Source: an uncultured Chloroflexia bacterium (lineage in GTDB: Bacteria > Chloroflexota > Anaerolineae > Anaerolineales > UBA4823). Taken from it: a DNA stretch of 64,000 bases. The stretch spans positions 56,721 to 120,720 of the forward strand of contig CAVPYB010000005.1 of the NCBI GenBank assembly GCA_963709875.1, written 5' to 3'. A program made the translations under genes and the position numbers. Within the stretch, counting starts at the first letter, position 1. Every line of letters starts with the position of its first letter. This document shows positions 19,535-30,222 of the stretch, in pieces. Below the pieces are notes generated by a model. It saw nothing but the letters and a program-made list of their open reading frames with translations. It had not been told where the DNA came from and ran no database searches.

Positions 19535-19566
19535 TTATTCAATGGATTAGGAGCGGTTCTCAGCAA

Positions 19567-19613
19567 ACCTCCCGCAGGCTGTCGGAAGAAATGAGACCGG
19601 ACCTGCGGGAGGT
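19567..19613. repeat. ACCTCCCG-type palindromic (REP-like) hairpin
   Basis: acctcccgcagg...cctgcgggaggt; related stem at 31849-31882. Confidence 0.6.
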
Positions 19614-19656
19614 GTTCCCGGCTTAGAAAAGCCTTCGTTTACGGTTTCATACTATC

Positions 19657-20368
19657 TTATTCGGTAATATTTCCAATACTGGCTGCATGAGCGAGCGCCG
19701 ACGGGGTCTGACAGCCGACGATAGCGGGGGCTTCCTGGATCAGATCGTCGTTCTCCAGGGCTGCGACCATGAACAGGGCGTAGTCCACCCGGCGGGTCAT
19801 GTTGCTCTCCAGGATGGGGTCGCCCACATGCCGGCTCCAGACGGGCAATCCCTGGCTCTCGCCCTCTTCGAGGTCGCTGCCGCGCACCACCGTCCAAAGC
19901 CTGTCGCTGGCAAATATCCGCCGGCAGGCTTCGATCTGGTCGTCGATATCCACCATACGGGTCAGCCGCCCGATCCAACGTCCAACCTTCTCCTGAAACT
20001 TTAAAGACGCCGGGTATACGTCCTTGCCATCGCGGGAAATATGCCAGCCGCAGGAGAAGACCAGGCGCGCCTCGGGCTGGGCGTAATCGAGCACGGCCTG
20101 GGCGGTGCCGGTTGAATATTTGTTCATTCCCCAGGGCACCAGCACGGTGAGAACGCCGTCACATCCTGCAGCTGCTTTCTTGATCACTTCCCGGTCATTC
20201 GTTGCACCGGGGATGACTGTGATGCGCCCCTTGAAGCGGTCCAGCTTGCCCACGCTGCTCTCCCGGCACACGCCGACCACTTCGTAGCCGCGCTCTCAGC
20301 GCGTGCTGCACCATGTACTGCCCGAGCTTTCCGGAAGCCCCTACGATACAAACTTTTTTTATTTCCAT
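19657..20368 (-). CDS. NAD(P)H-binding (atypical SDR/flavin reductase-like) protein, frameshift near 20295
   Basis: KVCIVGASGKLGQY joins (ERG)YEVVGVCRE..; WTVVRGSDL. Confidence 0.8.
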
Positions 20369-20463
20369 CTGTACTTCCTCTTTATCCTTTACTGTTTCGA
20401 TATACGGTTCTGAAACCATTGGCCTTTTAATAAACTCTGTCCACGTAGCTGCGCGCCTCTCGA

Positions 20464-20685
20464 TTATACGTCCTCCGGGTCATACGAGAACACTTCCTCC
20501 AACGGCACCTTGAAAACCAGGGCGATGCGAAATGCCAGCTCCAGAGAGGGGGAGTATTTCTCCTGCTCCATGGCGATGATGGTCTGGCGGGTCACGCCCA
20601 CTTTCTCAGCCAGATCTGCCTGGGTCATTTCGTTATGGAAAAAGCGCAGTGTGCGAATATTGTTGCTGATGCGGGATTTGCCCAT
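20464..20685 (-). CDS. XRE family HTH transcriptional regulator
   Basis: MTQADLAEKVGVTRQTIIAME..YSPSLELAFRIA. Confidence 0.93.
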   Translation of the reverse strand: MGKSRISNNIRTLRFFHNEMTQADLAEKVGVTRQTIIAMEQEKYSPSLELAFRIALVFKVPLEEVFSYDPEDV

Positions 20686-20686
20686 C

Positions 20687-21142
20687 TTAAAATCCCCTCC
20701 TGTAAAAGACCAGGCGGGCGATATCACCGATAATCTGCGCCACGACCCCTGCCAGGATGAGCAGGCTGAACATGACCAGCGTCGGCTGCCCCAGGACGTA
20801 GGTAATCATGGCCAGGAATACCCCGATCGAGAAGAAAAAATAGGTCACCCGGGTGCCGCGCAGGTCGATCAGCTTGTCGCGCTCATCTTCGATGTCCTCC
20901 ACCTTCGGATCATCCGTGCCGGTGGAAATGGCCTGGATGATGGCGGAGATGATATGGGTGAGGATGGTAGCGATAATGGTAAAGACTATCGCCAGCACGA
21001 TGATGATCCCCCACAGGCGGAATACATTCGCAGAAGTGAAGCTGTCGCTCGAGATCAATTGGGCCATTCTGACCAGGTAAACAACCAGTATCAGGACGAA
21101 GCTGCCTAAAGAAACGGCGATGTTTTTCTGTTGAAAGGACAT
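20687..21142 (-). CDS. DUF2178-like membrane protein (XRE partner)
   Basis: 4 TMs with EDERDKLI loop; YRRG C-terminus; directly upstream of the XRE gene. Confidence 0.7.
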   Translation of the reverse strand: MSFQQKNIAVSLGSFVLILVVYLVRMAQLISSDSFTSANVFRLWGIIIVLAIVFTIIATILTHIISAIIQAISTGTDDPKVEDIEDERDKLIDLRGTRVTYFFFSIGVFLAMITYVLGQPTLVMFSLLILAGVVAQIIGDIARLVFYRRGF

Positions 21143-21195
21143 TTTGCTCTCCATTTGTCTGTTGTATTTTACTAATAGTAATGTTAGACAGACAT

Positions 21196-21224
21196 ATAGT
21201 AGCATAAATCTTACATAATGTCAA
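21196..21224 (-). promoter_or_regulatory. Sigma70-type promoter of the membrane/XRE operon
   Basis: TTGACA-N17-TACTAT; TGTAA repeats overlap it. Confidence 0.6.
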
Positions 21225-21270
21225 GTAATTTTTACATCAATACTGGAAGATTTGACCGCAAGGGGTCGGT

Positions 21271-22475
21271 TTAGGGGAGTCTATCCGCTTCGATGCGCTG
21301 CAAGCGCCGCATAGCGATGGAGCCAAGCAGCGGACCGATTGCCAGAGCGGCGAAGGCGTAGCGCCAGCCCACGAAATCAACCAGCTCGGGGACCAGGCGG
21401 ATCGAGAAGATGGTGATTGTGAAGCCGATCAGCTGCTGGGTAGTGGCGGCGGTGCCGATGTAGTCGGGCAGGCAGTACTCGGCGACGCTGGCGGAGAACT
21501 GGGCGCTGTCGGCGACCACGCTGAAACCCCATACGAGAAGCAGCGGGACCAGCAGCCAGGGGCTGGCGCCGAACAGGAATCCGACCAACAGGCAGCAGGC
21601 GCCGCTGACTGCCATGGAGGCGATGGTAACGGCAGGGCGCCCGATGCGGTCGGCATAGGCGCCGGCGAGCACCGAGCCCAAGGCGCCGACGCCGATCACC
21701 GCGAAGCTTATCACCCCGGGCAGGACGCTTAGCTGCGCCGGGCTTGCCCCGGAAGCCTCCAGGCTGGCAGCCAGGAAAGCCGGCACCCAGGCCCACATGG
21801 CGTACAGCTCCCACATATGCCCGAAGTAGCCGAAATTGGCCAGCCGCACGCCGGGATCACGGAAGGCTTCGACAGCGTAGCGCCAGCGGAACTCCGCCTG
21901 GGGCTGGCTGTAAGGACCTTCCCGGGTGAGCGTGGCGATCAGGGCTGCGCCAACCAACGCCAGGGCGCTGGTGGCGAGCACCAGTCCTTGCCAGGCGGGC
22001 ATACCCACGACCCGGATGAGCTGGGGTGCAGCCGAGCCGACCACCAGCGCGCCGATCAGGATACCCAGCGCCAGTCCGAAATCGCGCCGGAACCAGGTGC
22101 GTGCCAGTTTGACGGCGGGGCGTAGATGCCCGCCAGGAAGACGCCGGTCAAGGTGCGGTACAGCAGTGCCTGGGCGGCGGAATCGGCTGCCAGCGCTACG
22201 GCGGCATTGGTGGCGGCTGCCAGCAGGGCTGATACCACCATCAGACGGCGGGTGCGGAAGACGTCCGCCAGGTTGAAGATGGCGCTGAGCAGCGAGCCGA
22301 GGATGAACCCTGCCTGCACCGAAATCGTCAGCCTGGCCTGCCCGCCGGCATCCAGTCCCCACAGCGCGGTAAGCTCCGGTACGACCGCCGAAGCTGAGAA
22401 CCACAGGCTGAAGGTCAGCATCACCCCCAGGGAGAGGGCTACCAGCACGCGCCAGCGACCGGCGTCCACACTCAT
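21271..22475 (-). CDS. MFS transporter, frameshift near 22120
   Basis: SLWFSASAV, VQAGF, LAGIY(P)P.VKL, GHMWELYAMW, VVADSAQFS. Confidence 0.85.
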
Positions 22476-22477
22476 GC

Positions 22478-23126
22478 TCAGGTGGGTCTCACCGCGCTGA
22501 AGTAGCCGATCGTCCCGAAGAGGGTGGAAAGACCGCCGTGGTACTGCACGGCATCGAACCCAACATGCTCCATCATATGCGGCAGCAGGCCGCGGACATT
22601 GGCTGCGGTCTCTTCAGAGCGCGCCTGGATGTGCGAGGTCAGGTGCCCCATCTGGCCATCGGGGGTGGAAAAATCAGCAATATGCAGCTCCCCTCCTGGC
22701 TGCAGCACGCGAGTAGACCTCGGCAAATGTGCGCAGCTTGTTCTCGCTGGTCAGGTGGTGCAGCATCAGGGTGGTCAGCACGCGGTCGAAATCCCCGTCC
22801 GGGTAAGGCATATCGAAGGACATAGCCTCGTCGATGGCGATATCGACACCCTGGCGTTCGACCTTCTGGCGGGCGATAACCAGGATCTTCGGGTCGCCGT
22901 CCAGCCCGACCACTCGCGCCCCTGGATAAGCCTGCTTGACCATCATCACCAGCGTCCCCGTTCCGCAACCTACGTCGAGCACGGCGCTGGCGCTCGAGAG
23001 TTTGGCGTTCTGTATCAGGCGGGTTTTGAACTTCTTCTCTCGGATTAAGAGCCGGATCAGCGGGTCGTAGAAGCGCGCCAGGGAGAAATAGCCCATGGCG
23101 GGGATGTAATGGTCTTCATCGGTCAT
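22478..23126 (-). CDS. Class I SAM-dependent methyltransferase, frameshift near 22712
   Basis: VLDVGCGTGT, GLDGDP, then RVLQPGGELHIADF in the next frame. Confidence 0.85.
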
Positions 23127-23136
23127 CGTCATCCTC

Positions 23137-23253
23137 TTAAATCAATATATCTGACGCTCCAGGCTGCCAATTCGTTACTTCTGCCCAGTCTTCGGCGGCC
23201 AGGTAGATCAGGTCTACCGATGGGTCTTTGACGTCCGGGTAGGTGTGGGATGA
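23137..23253 (-). pseudogene. 3' remnant of a GrpB-family gene
   Basis: Manual translation YPDVKDPSVDLIYLAAEDWAEVTNWQPGASDILI*, no start codon. Confidence 0.55.
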
Positions 23254-23267
23254 TCAGCACCATCGGG

Positions 23268-23654
23268 TCATCCGCTCTTCCAATCGCACCAGACGTGCAC
23301 GACCGCCTCCAGTGCACCCCGATGAGCTTCGACATCGGCATCATCATCGAAGCGCATGACCCGTACCAGCGCGCCCTCTCCTTCCAGGTCCGGGTGGCTG
23401 CCGGGGATCTCCGAGCCGCGGTGGAACATCAGGCTGACAAAACGCTTAGATTTCGGCTGGAAGCTGGCCAGGTTGCCTTGATATGTAAAGGTCGGCGCGC
23501 TCCACTTGATCGATTCGGTTATCCGCTCATCAGCACTCAAGATCACCGATCTGACAAGCTGCATGGTGCTTTTCAATGGGTGGTCGAGCTTATCGAACCA
23601 TTCGTCAACCTCTGGGTTGAAATTACCACCGTGCTGCTGCTCGCTAGCTGACAT
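23268..23654 (-). CDS. DUF1801 domain protein
   Basis: ITESIKWSAPTF, LMFHRG..IPG..LEG; SD GGAGG. Confidence 0.85.
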   Translation of the reverse strand: MSASEQQHGGNFNPEVDEWFDKLDHPLKSTMQLVRSVILSADERITESIKWSAPTFTYQGNLASFQPKSKRFVSLMFHRGSEIPGSHPDLEGEGALVRVMRFDDDADVEAHRGALEAVVHVWCDWKSG

Positions 23655-23689
23655 TTACTTCCTCCGGATTTGTAATCGCACGCCAATAA

Positions 23690-24232
23690 TTAACTAACTG
23701 CCATTGCAAACAACGCGTTCACCGTCTTCCAGTTGCGGGTGGTGGCGGGAACACCCAGCTTGCGTTCGAAGTAGTTGTTTGACAGCTTGCTCTTCCCGTA
23801 GCCGCCCGGGCAGAAGAGGTAAATTTCTGCCTCCCCAATATAGAGCTCGTCGCTTGTTCCAGGGGGGATGCTCAGGTCGGTGAGTTTGGTATTCACTGGC
23901 TGGTGGTGTAGAAAAGTGACCAGCAACCGGTTGGGCTCTGCACCAGGGCGATCTACGAAGGGGTTCTCCGCCAGGATGCGTTGGAAATCCTCGGGGCGGC
24001 GGATAAACACGGTCACCGGATATCCATAGACCTGTTCGATCTGGGCTTCGATGCGGTCAGCCAGCTCGCCGGGATCCTGGTGCGGGCACTCAAAGACAAC
24101 GTTGCCGCTCTGCAGGTAGGTGCGCACGTTCGCGAAGCCTAATCCCAGATACAGGGTTTTGAGATCGGCCATCTTGATCAGCTTTTGCCCGCTGACGTTG
24201 ATGCCGCGCAGTAGGGAGATGTAAGTAAGCAT
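23690..24232 (-). CDS. DUF1697 domain protein
   Basis: LLRGINVSG, VRTYLQSGNVVF, ATTRNWKTV. Confidence 0.93.
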   Translation of the reverse strand: MLTYISLLRGINVSGQKLIKMADLKTLYLGLGFANVRTYLQSGNVVFECPHQDPGELADRIEAQIEQVYGYPVTVFIRRPEDFQRILAENPFVDRPGAEPNRLLVTFLHHQPVNTKLTDLSIPPGTSDELYIGEAEIYLFCPGGYGKSKLSNNYFERKLGVPATTRNWKTVNALFAMAVS

Positions 24233-24441
24233 GAATCTATTCTCGTGAGAATGTGTCCTCGTTCACCCAGAAGGGGTTCAAGAGTTCGCTGTTTTATCGA
24301 TGAAATTGATGTCCCCTGCGATCCTGGTTGGCAATGTCGCAGCAGGTAATCCCTACCCGCGGTCAAGTTCCCGTCTGAGCGGTGTAATTCGCGGTAGTAG
24401 TTAACTTCAAGAGCATTATATCCGAGGTCTTTCAGCCAGCA

Positions 24442-25632
24442 ATGTCAACTGTCCCTATGCCTTCCGATGCTGAGCAGCTCCAGCAGCGCAACCGCGAGCT
24501 CTCGATCCTGAATGCCTTCGCCGAGGCGCTCAACCGCTCGGTGGACCTGCAGGGAGCGCTGGAGATGGCGCTTTCCAAAGCCGGCGAGGTTTTCGACCTG
24601 CACACCGGCTGGGTGTGGCTGCTGGAGGAAGGCGGTGGCGGCACCTACCTGGCCGCGGCGCAGAACCTGCCGCCGGCGCTTGTGCGCCAGCCGGAGCTGA
24701 TGCAGGGCTCGTGCTACTGCCTGGATACCTACCATGCGGGTGATATGGGCGGCGCGGCGAATGTCAACGTGATCACCTGCAGCCGGTTGAAGAAGCTGGT
24801 CGACGGTACGGACGGGCTGCGCTACCATGCCAGCGTGCCGCTGTACGCGCATGGACGGGAGCTGGGTGTGCTGAACGTCGCCAGCGCTGACTGGCGCGAG
24901 CTGACGGTTGACGACCTGCGCCTGCTCTATACGATGGGCGATATGCTCGGCATCGCCATCGAGCGCGCCCGCCTGTTTGCCCGCCAGGCAGAGGCCGGAG
25001 CGTTGGTAGAGCGCAACCGGCTGGCGCGCGAGATCCACGACACATTGGCGCAGAGCCTGGCAGGCATCACCCTGCAGTTGGAGAGCGCCGAGGCGCTGCT
25101 TGAATCCAACCAGGACACCCAGGCAGCGCGGCGTTCGATCTCCCGGGCGCTGGAGCAGGCGCGCCGCAGCCTGGAGGATGCACGCCGCTCGGTGCTGGAC
25201 CTGCGCGCCGCCCCGCTGGAAGGGCGCAGCCTGCCAGGGGCGCTTACCGCCCTGGCGGCATCGGCAGCCACCGAGCAGGGGTTGAGCATCCACTTCCAGG
25301 TGGACGGTGTGGAGCAGCCGCTGCCGGCGCGGCTGGAGGCCGGTCTGTACCGCATCGCCCAGGAAGGGCTGGCAAATATCGCCCGGCATGCAGGGGCTGT
25401 ACAGGCGGGAATGCGCCTGGAGTTCGCTCCAGGTCGGGTACGGCTGGTTATCACTGACAATGGGCAGGGTTTTGATCCGGGCACGATCCCGCCGGGGCGA
25501 TACGGGCTGGTGGGCATGAACGAGCGCGCCCGCCTGCTGGGCGGCGAGCTGCTGATCGAGAGCAGCCCGGGCGAGGGCACGCGTATCGATGTCCGGGTGC
25601 CTTACGATGCCCAAGGAATGGGGAATGGATGA
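24442..25632 (+). CDS. Soluble GAF sensor histidine kinase (HisKA_3)
   Basis: GAF with CYC and CSRL; ERNRLAREIHDTLAQ; QEGLANIARHA; DNGQGF; GLVGMNER. Confidence 0.93.
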   Translation: MSTVPMPSDAEQLQQRNRELSILNAFAEALNRSVDLQGALEMALSKAGEVFDLHTGWVWLLEEGGGGTYLAAAQNLPPALVRQPELMQGSCYCLDTYHAGDMGGAANVNVITCSRLKKLVDGTDGLRYHASVPLYAHGRELGVLNVASADWRELTVDDLRLLYTMGDMLGIAIERARLFARQAEAGALVERNRLAREIHDTLAQSLAGITLQLESAEALLESNQDTQAARRSISRALEQARRSLEDARRSVLDLRAAPLEGRSLPGALTALAASAATEQGLSIHFQVDGVEQPLPARLEAGLYRIAQEGLANIARHAGAVQAGMRLEFAPGRVRLVITDNGQGFDPGTIPPGRYGLVGMNERARLLGGELLIESSPGEGTRIDVRVPYDAQGMGNG

Positions 25633-26267
25633 GCGATAGGATACGCATTTTGATCGCCGACGACCACCCGGTGGTGCGGGATGGGCTCTCGGCGATCCTG
25701 AGCACTCAGGCCGATTTCCTGGTGGTGGGCGAAGCTGCGGATGGCCAACGGGCGTACCAGATGGTCATCGATCTGCAGCCGGACGTGATCCTGCTCGACC
25801 TGGAGATGCCCGGGATGGATGGCGTCGAAGTGCTGCGCAGGGTGCGGGAATCGCAGCTAGAAGCACAGGCGATCGTCTTCACCGCTTTCGATACGGATGA
25901 GCGCATCATGGGGGCGGTCAGAGCGGGCGCTGCCGGCTACCTGCTCAAGGGGGCGCCGCGCGAGGAAGTGTTCGCTGCCATCCGGGTGGTCAGCCAGGGC
26001 GGCTCGCTGCTCCAGCCGCTGGTGGCTTCGCGGCTGCTGGCGCACGTGGCAGGGGAGGTCCCGGAGCCGCCTGAGCTAACGCAGCGGGAGGGGGAGGTGC
26101 TCGCCTTACTGGCTCGCGGGTTGACCAATAAAGAGATCGCCGAAGAGCTGGTGGTGACCGAGCGCACGGTCAAGTTCCACGTCAGCTCGCTGCTCAGGAA
26201 GCTGGGCGCGGGGAACCGCACCGAGGCGGTGACCATCGCCGCGCAGTTGGGATTGGTGGATTTATAA
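25629..26267 (+). CDS. NarL/LuxR family response regulator
   Basis: IADDHPVVR, LLDLEMP, LTQRE..VL, TVKFHV. Confidence 0.95.
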   Translation: MSDRIRILIADDHPVVRDGLSAILSTQADFLVVGEAADGQRAYQMVIDLQPDVILLDLEMPGMDGVEVLRRVRESQLEAQAIVFTAFDTDERIMGAVRAGAAGYLLKGAPREEVFAAIRVVSQGGSLLQPLVASRLLAHVAGEVPEPPELTQREGEVLALLARGLTNKEIAEELVVTERTVKFHVSSLLRKLGAGNRTEAVTIAAQLGLVDL

Positions 26268-26312
26268 AATTGCGATAAAATCTATCCAAATTGATCACCT
26301 GATTGAAGGCAA

Positions 26313-27761
26313 ATGGGAGCAAAATCCATGAAACGTGGAAACCCGGTGGAACATGAAACCGTAACCGAGGGCGCCATCTTTCAGGACGGGACTATACTGG
26401 TTCAGACTGACTACCTGGTCGTCGGCGCAGGTGCTGCAGGCATGGCTTTCGTGGATTCCCTCATCCACAACGCCGACGTCCATGTGGCCTTACTGGACCG
26501 ACGCCACAGCGCTGGCGGTCACTGGCTCGACGCCTATCCGTTCGTCAGGCTGCATCAGGCATCCGAGTTCTATGGCGTAGTCTCGACCCCGCTGGGCAAT
26601 GGGACGCTGCAGGCTGACGGTCCTGAGGCCGGAATGCATGAGCGGGCTGCCGCCCCAGACATCGTGGCCTACTATGACCGCGTACTGGAGAGCATGGTCG
26701 CCAGTGGCAAGGTCACCTTCTACCCCAACAGCGAGTACCTCGGCGGACGACGCTGGACTTCTCGGCTGTCGGGACAGCAATTCGCTGTGCCGGATGGCTG
26801 CCGGGTCGTCAACGCCCACTATCTGGCACCGGACATTCCGGCCCAAACCCCCGCACCCTTCGGCGTTGCAGACGGCGTACAGGTGATCCCGGTCAACGAT
26901 CTGGTCCGGCTGTCTGAGATACCCGGCCAGTTCGTGATCGTGGGTTCTGGCAAGACCGCCACAGACGCCATCGTCTGGCTGCTCGACAACGGGGTGGATC
27001 CGGACGCGGTCTGCTGGCTGCGCCCACGAGACCCCTGGATGTTCAACCGCGCGGTTGTGCAGCCCGATCCGGCCATCAATTTGGGCATGGTTGCCGACGT
27101 CCTGGAGGCGGCCAGCGAGGCGACGTCGCCGGACGAACTCTTCCTGCGCATGGAGGCGGCAGGCGTGATGCTGCGTGTCGATCCGCGGGTAACTCCCAGC
27201 ATGGCGAAGACCCCGACATTGGCGCATTGGGAGCTGGACCGCCTGAGGACTGTTGAGAATGTGGTGCGGTTGGGCCACGTCCACCACGTGGAGCCGGGTC
27301 GAGTCGTGTGTGCGGGTGGCGAGGCCGCGATCGACCGAGATGCGCTGGTGGTTCACTGCGCCGCCTCGGGTCTGCAGTACCCGCCCCTGGTGCCGGTCTG
27401 GGGACCTGAGGCGATCACGCTTCAGTGCGTTGCAACCGGGCCGATCTTTGGTGCCGCGCTCGCAGGCTACGTGGAAGCGACCCGAGAAGACGACGCCGAG
27501 AAAAACCGGCTATGCCCGCCGCATCCCCTCCCGAACACGCCGGCTGACTGGCCCCGGGTGATCGTCCAGGGTGCCCAAGGATCAAAGGCGCTGGCCATGG
27601 AACCGGATGTCAAGCACTGGTCGCATGCGACCAGCCTGTACCGGTCTCGCATCCCGGCTGAGCGGGCCAGCGACCCTGACGTTGTGGATGCCGCTGCTCG
27701 CGTTGAGGCTGTAGCGGAGATCGGCATGGCCAAGCTGGCCGAACTGGGCAGGATGCAGTAG
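26313..27761 (+). CDS. NAD(P)/FAD-dependent oxidoreductase
   Basis: DYLVVGAGAAG, GGHW.DAYPFVRLHQ, IVGSGKTA. Confidence 0.88.
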   Translation: MGAKSMKRGNPVEHETVTEGAIFQDGTILVQTDYLVVGAGAAGMAFVDSLIHNADVHVALLDRRHSAGGHWLDAYPFVRLHQASEFYGVVSTPLGNGTLQADGPEAGMHERAAAPDIVAYYDRVLESMVASGKVTFYPNSEYLGGRRWTSRLSGQQFAVPDGCRVVNAHYLAPDIPAQTPAPFGVADGVQVIPVNDLVRLSEIPGQFVIVGSGKTATDAIVWLLDNGVDPDAVCWLRPRDPWMFNRAVVQPDPAINLGMVADVLEAASEATSPDELFLRMEAAGVMLRVDPRVTPSMAKTPTLAHWELDRLRTVENVVRLGHVHHVEPGRVVCAGGEAAIDRDALVVHCAASGLQYPPLVPVWGPEAITLQCVATGPIFGAALAGYVEATREDDAEKNRLCPPHPLPNTPADWPRVIVQGAQGSKALAMEPDVKHWSHATSLYRSRIPAERASDPDVVDAAARVEAVAEIGMAKLAELGRMQ

Positions 27762-27871
27762 CCTGTCAGGCGTAATAATAATGATCGCTTAACTTCTACG
27801 CTTATTGCGGGTGTCGCCTGCCTGTACCATCGTACAGGCTCTAATTTTCCCCAAGGTCCAGATTGAATACT

Positions 27872-27904
27872 GACCCGCCGCACGATGCGGCGGGTGTGTT
27901 TTTT
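27872..27904 (+). terminator. Rho-independent terminator
   Basis: acccgccgca-cga-tgcggcgggt followed by gtgtttttt. Confidence 0.75.
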
Positions 27905-28040
27905 AACTATACTGGTAGCATCTGATAGGTCTGGCTGTCATGCTTAGTTTTATCTTTGGCATTGATTACGTCGGGTGCAAGAAATTCTTTACAATCCTAC
28001 ATGTTGGTATGACTGCCAGCCCTGAATAAAGGAGGACAAA

Positions 28041-28747
28041 ATGTCTCGAAGCCAATCAAAAACCGCCCTGATCACCGGTGCCTCGCTGGGCTGGGGCTGG
28101 CGCTGGCGACCGCGCTGGCGCAAAACGGCTGGAAGCTGATCATAGACGCCCGCGAGCCAGGAGCGTTGGAAGAAGCGCGCCGGGAGCTCGCACAGTGGAC
28201 GGATGTTATCGCCATTCCCGGAGACGTGAGTGACCCGCTGCACCGGAATGAGCTGGCACAGGCAGCGGAGGAGATGGGCGGGCTGGATGCGCTGGTCAAC
28301 AACGCCAGCAGCCTGGGTCCCAGCCCGATGCCGAGGCTGCTGGAATACCCACTGGACGAGCTGGAGGCGGTGTTCCAGGTGAACCTCTTCGCCATCCTGG
28401 GCTTGCTTCAGGAGCTGCAGACGTGGATCAAACCCAAGGGACGGGTGATCAACGTGACCAGCGACGCCGGGGTGGAGCCTTATGAAGGTTGGGGCGGCTA
28501 CGGCTCCAGCAAGGCCGCACTGGAGCAGCTCAGCGCCATACTGGCGCAGGAGAACCCGCAATGGCAGGTGTACTGGGTCGACCCGGGCGATATGCGCACC
28601 CAGATGCACCAGGACGCCTTCCCGGGCGAGGATATCAGCGACCGCCCGCTGCCCAAGGTAAGCGTGCCGGTCTTCATAGCGCTGGTGGATGGTGAGCTGC
28701 CCGGTGGACGCTACCAGGTGCAGGCAATCCTGGCGGAGAGCGCCTGA
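28041..28747 (+). CDS. SDR family oxidoreductase, frameshift near 28085
   Basis: SD AAAGGAGG; KTALITGAS; LVNNAS; YGSSK catalytic motif; VDPGDMRT. Confidence 0.88.
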
Positions 28748-29901
28748 TGCTGTTATCCAGCCCTACAGACCTGCGGGCCGTTCAGACGGCCTTGCTGCCG
28801 GCAGTCAAGACGGCAGGCTTCGAGTTCGAGCTGCCCGCGCACCTGGAAGCCGGCGAGCCGCCTGAAGCGCGCGGTCTGCGGCGCGACCAGGTGCGCCTGA
28901 TGGTGACTTCTTACCTCACCGGGCACGTGGAGCACACACGCTTTACCTCGCTGGGGGATTATCTGCGGGCTGGGGATGTGCTGGTGGTCAATACCAGCGG
29001 CACGCTGAACGCGGCGCTGCCGGCGGTCGCAGGGACCGGCGCACAGCTCGAGCTGCACCTGTCCACCCACCTGCCCGGTGACCTGTGGGTCGTGGAGCTG
29101 CGCAAGCCGGCGCCAACCGGAAGCGAGCCGTATTTAGCAGCCAGTGCCGGCGAGAGCTATTCATTGCCAGGCGGTGGCGAGGTCACCTTGCTGCTGCCCT
29201 ACCGCAGCGACCTCCGAGTTAGCAAACAGCGATACTTTGGAGAAGACCCCGGACGTATACGCCTGTGGCTCAGCCACCTGGATATCCCCACAGCGCTGGA
29301 AGGCTATCTGGAAGAGTACGGTCACCCGATCCGCTATAAATACGTGCGCGATGAGTGGCCACCGGCGTACTACCAGACGGTTTACACGACCGAGAAGGGC
29401 AGCGCCGAGATGCCCTCGGCAGGCAGGGCTTTTACAGCAGAACTGATCACACGTCTGGTGGCGAGTGGTGTGCAGGTCGCTCCGCTCCTGCTGCACACCG
29501 GGGTTGCCAGCCTGGAGGAGCATGAACCGCCCTATGAGGAATACTACCGTGTGCCGGCGGGTACTGCGCGTGCTGTCAACCAGGCGCGCCAGGATGGGCG
29601 GCGGGTGATCGCGGTAGGGACGACCTCGGTGCGCGCCCTGGAGAGCGTGACCGGCGAAGACGGCATCGTGCACCCAGGCGACGGCTGGACAGAACTGATC
29701 ATCACCCCGCAGCGCGGTCTGCGGGCGGTGGAAGGCCTGCTGACCGGCTTCCACGAGCCGAAATCCAGCCATTTGGCGATGCTGGCTGCTTTAGCGGGCT
29801 ACGAGCACCTGGAGCTGGCTTATTGCGAGGCGCTGCACGATGGGTACCTATGGCACGAGTTCGGCGACCTGCACTTGATCCTGCCGGGGGAACCCCTTTA
29901 A
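28747..29901 (+). CDS. QueA-like (SAM:tRNA ribosyltransferase-isomerase family) protein, non-canonical clade
   Basis: VVNTS, YQTVY, AVGTTSVRALE, LLTGFH.P present, but GSAEMPSAGR and YLWHEFGD differ from canonical QueA. Confidence 0.85.
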   Translation: MLLSSPTDLRAVQTALLPAVKTAGFEFELPAHLEAGEPPEARGLRRDQVRLMVTSYLTGHVEHTRFTSLGDYLRAGDVLVVNTSGTLNAALPAVAGTGAQLELHLSTHLPGDLWVVELRKPAPTGSEPYLAASAGESYSLPGGGEVTLLLPYRSDLRVSKQRYFGEDPGRIRLWLSHLDIPTALEGYLEEYGHPIRYKYVRDEWPPAYYQTVYTTEKGSAEMPSAGRAFTAELITRLVASGVQVAPLLLHTGVASLEEHEPPYEEYYRVPAGTARAVNQARQDGRRVIAVGTTSVRALESVTGEDGIVHPGDGWTELIITPQRGLRAVEGLLTGFHEPKSSHLAMLAALAGYEHLELAYCEALHDGYLWHEFGDLHLILPGEPL

Positions 29902-29905
29902 AGTG

Positions 29906-29940
29906 TTGCCAAAAGGCACACATTGTGATATTATCAGAGA
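29906..29940 (+). promoter_or_regulatory. Promoter/operator of the TA operon (likely leaderless)
   Basis: TTGCCA-N17-TATTAT-N6-ATG; TGCC-N4-GGCA and CACA-N3-TGTG palindromes. Confidence 0.6.
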
Positions 29941-30222
29941 ATGAAATTCTTTTCTTGGAATGATGAAAAGAATTTGTTATTGAAAGCTAAGCGGAATATT
30001 ACATTCGAAGAAGTTGTATTTTTTATCGAGAAAGGCAAATTACTGGATATACTCGAACACCCGAACCAGGAAAGATACCAGGGCCAGAAGCTTTTCGTCG
30101 TCGATATTAATGATTATGCCTATCTGGTGCCTTTCCTCGAGACTGAAGAGACCATATTTCTCATAACCATTATCCCTAGCAGAAAAGCCACCAGAGATTA
30201 CATAAGAGGCGAGCATGAATGA
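29941..30222 (+). CDS. BrnT-family toxin
   Basis: FSWNDEKN..LK..R.ITFEEV, HPNQ, YLVPF, TIIPSRKAT. Confidence 0.88.
   Translation: MKFFSWNDEKNLLLKAKRNITFEEVVFFIEKGKLLDILEHPNQERYQGQKLFVVDINDYAYLVPFLETEETIFLITIIPSRKATRDYIRGEHE

Noticed and set aside
28747-29901. Canonical queA and an upstream preQ1 riboswitch
   Set aside because: Signature motifs diverge from canonical QueA and no preQ1 aptamer pattern is recognisable, so no gene symbol was assigned.
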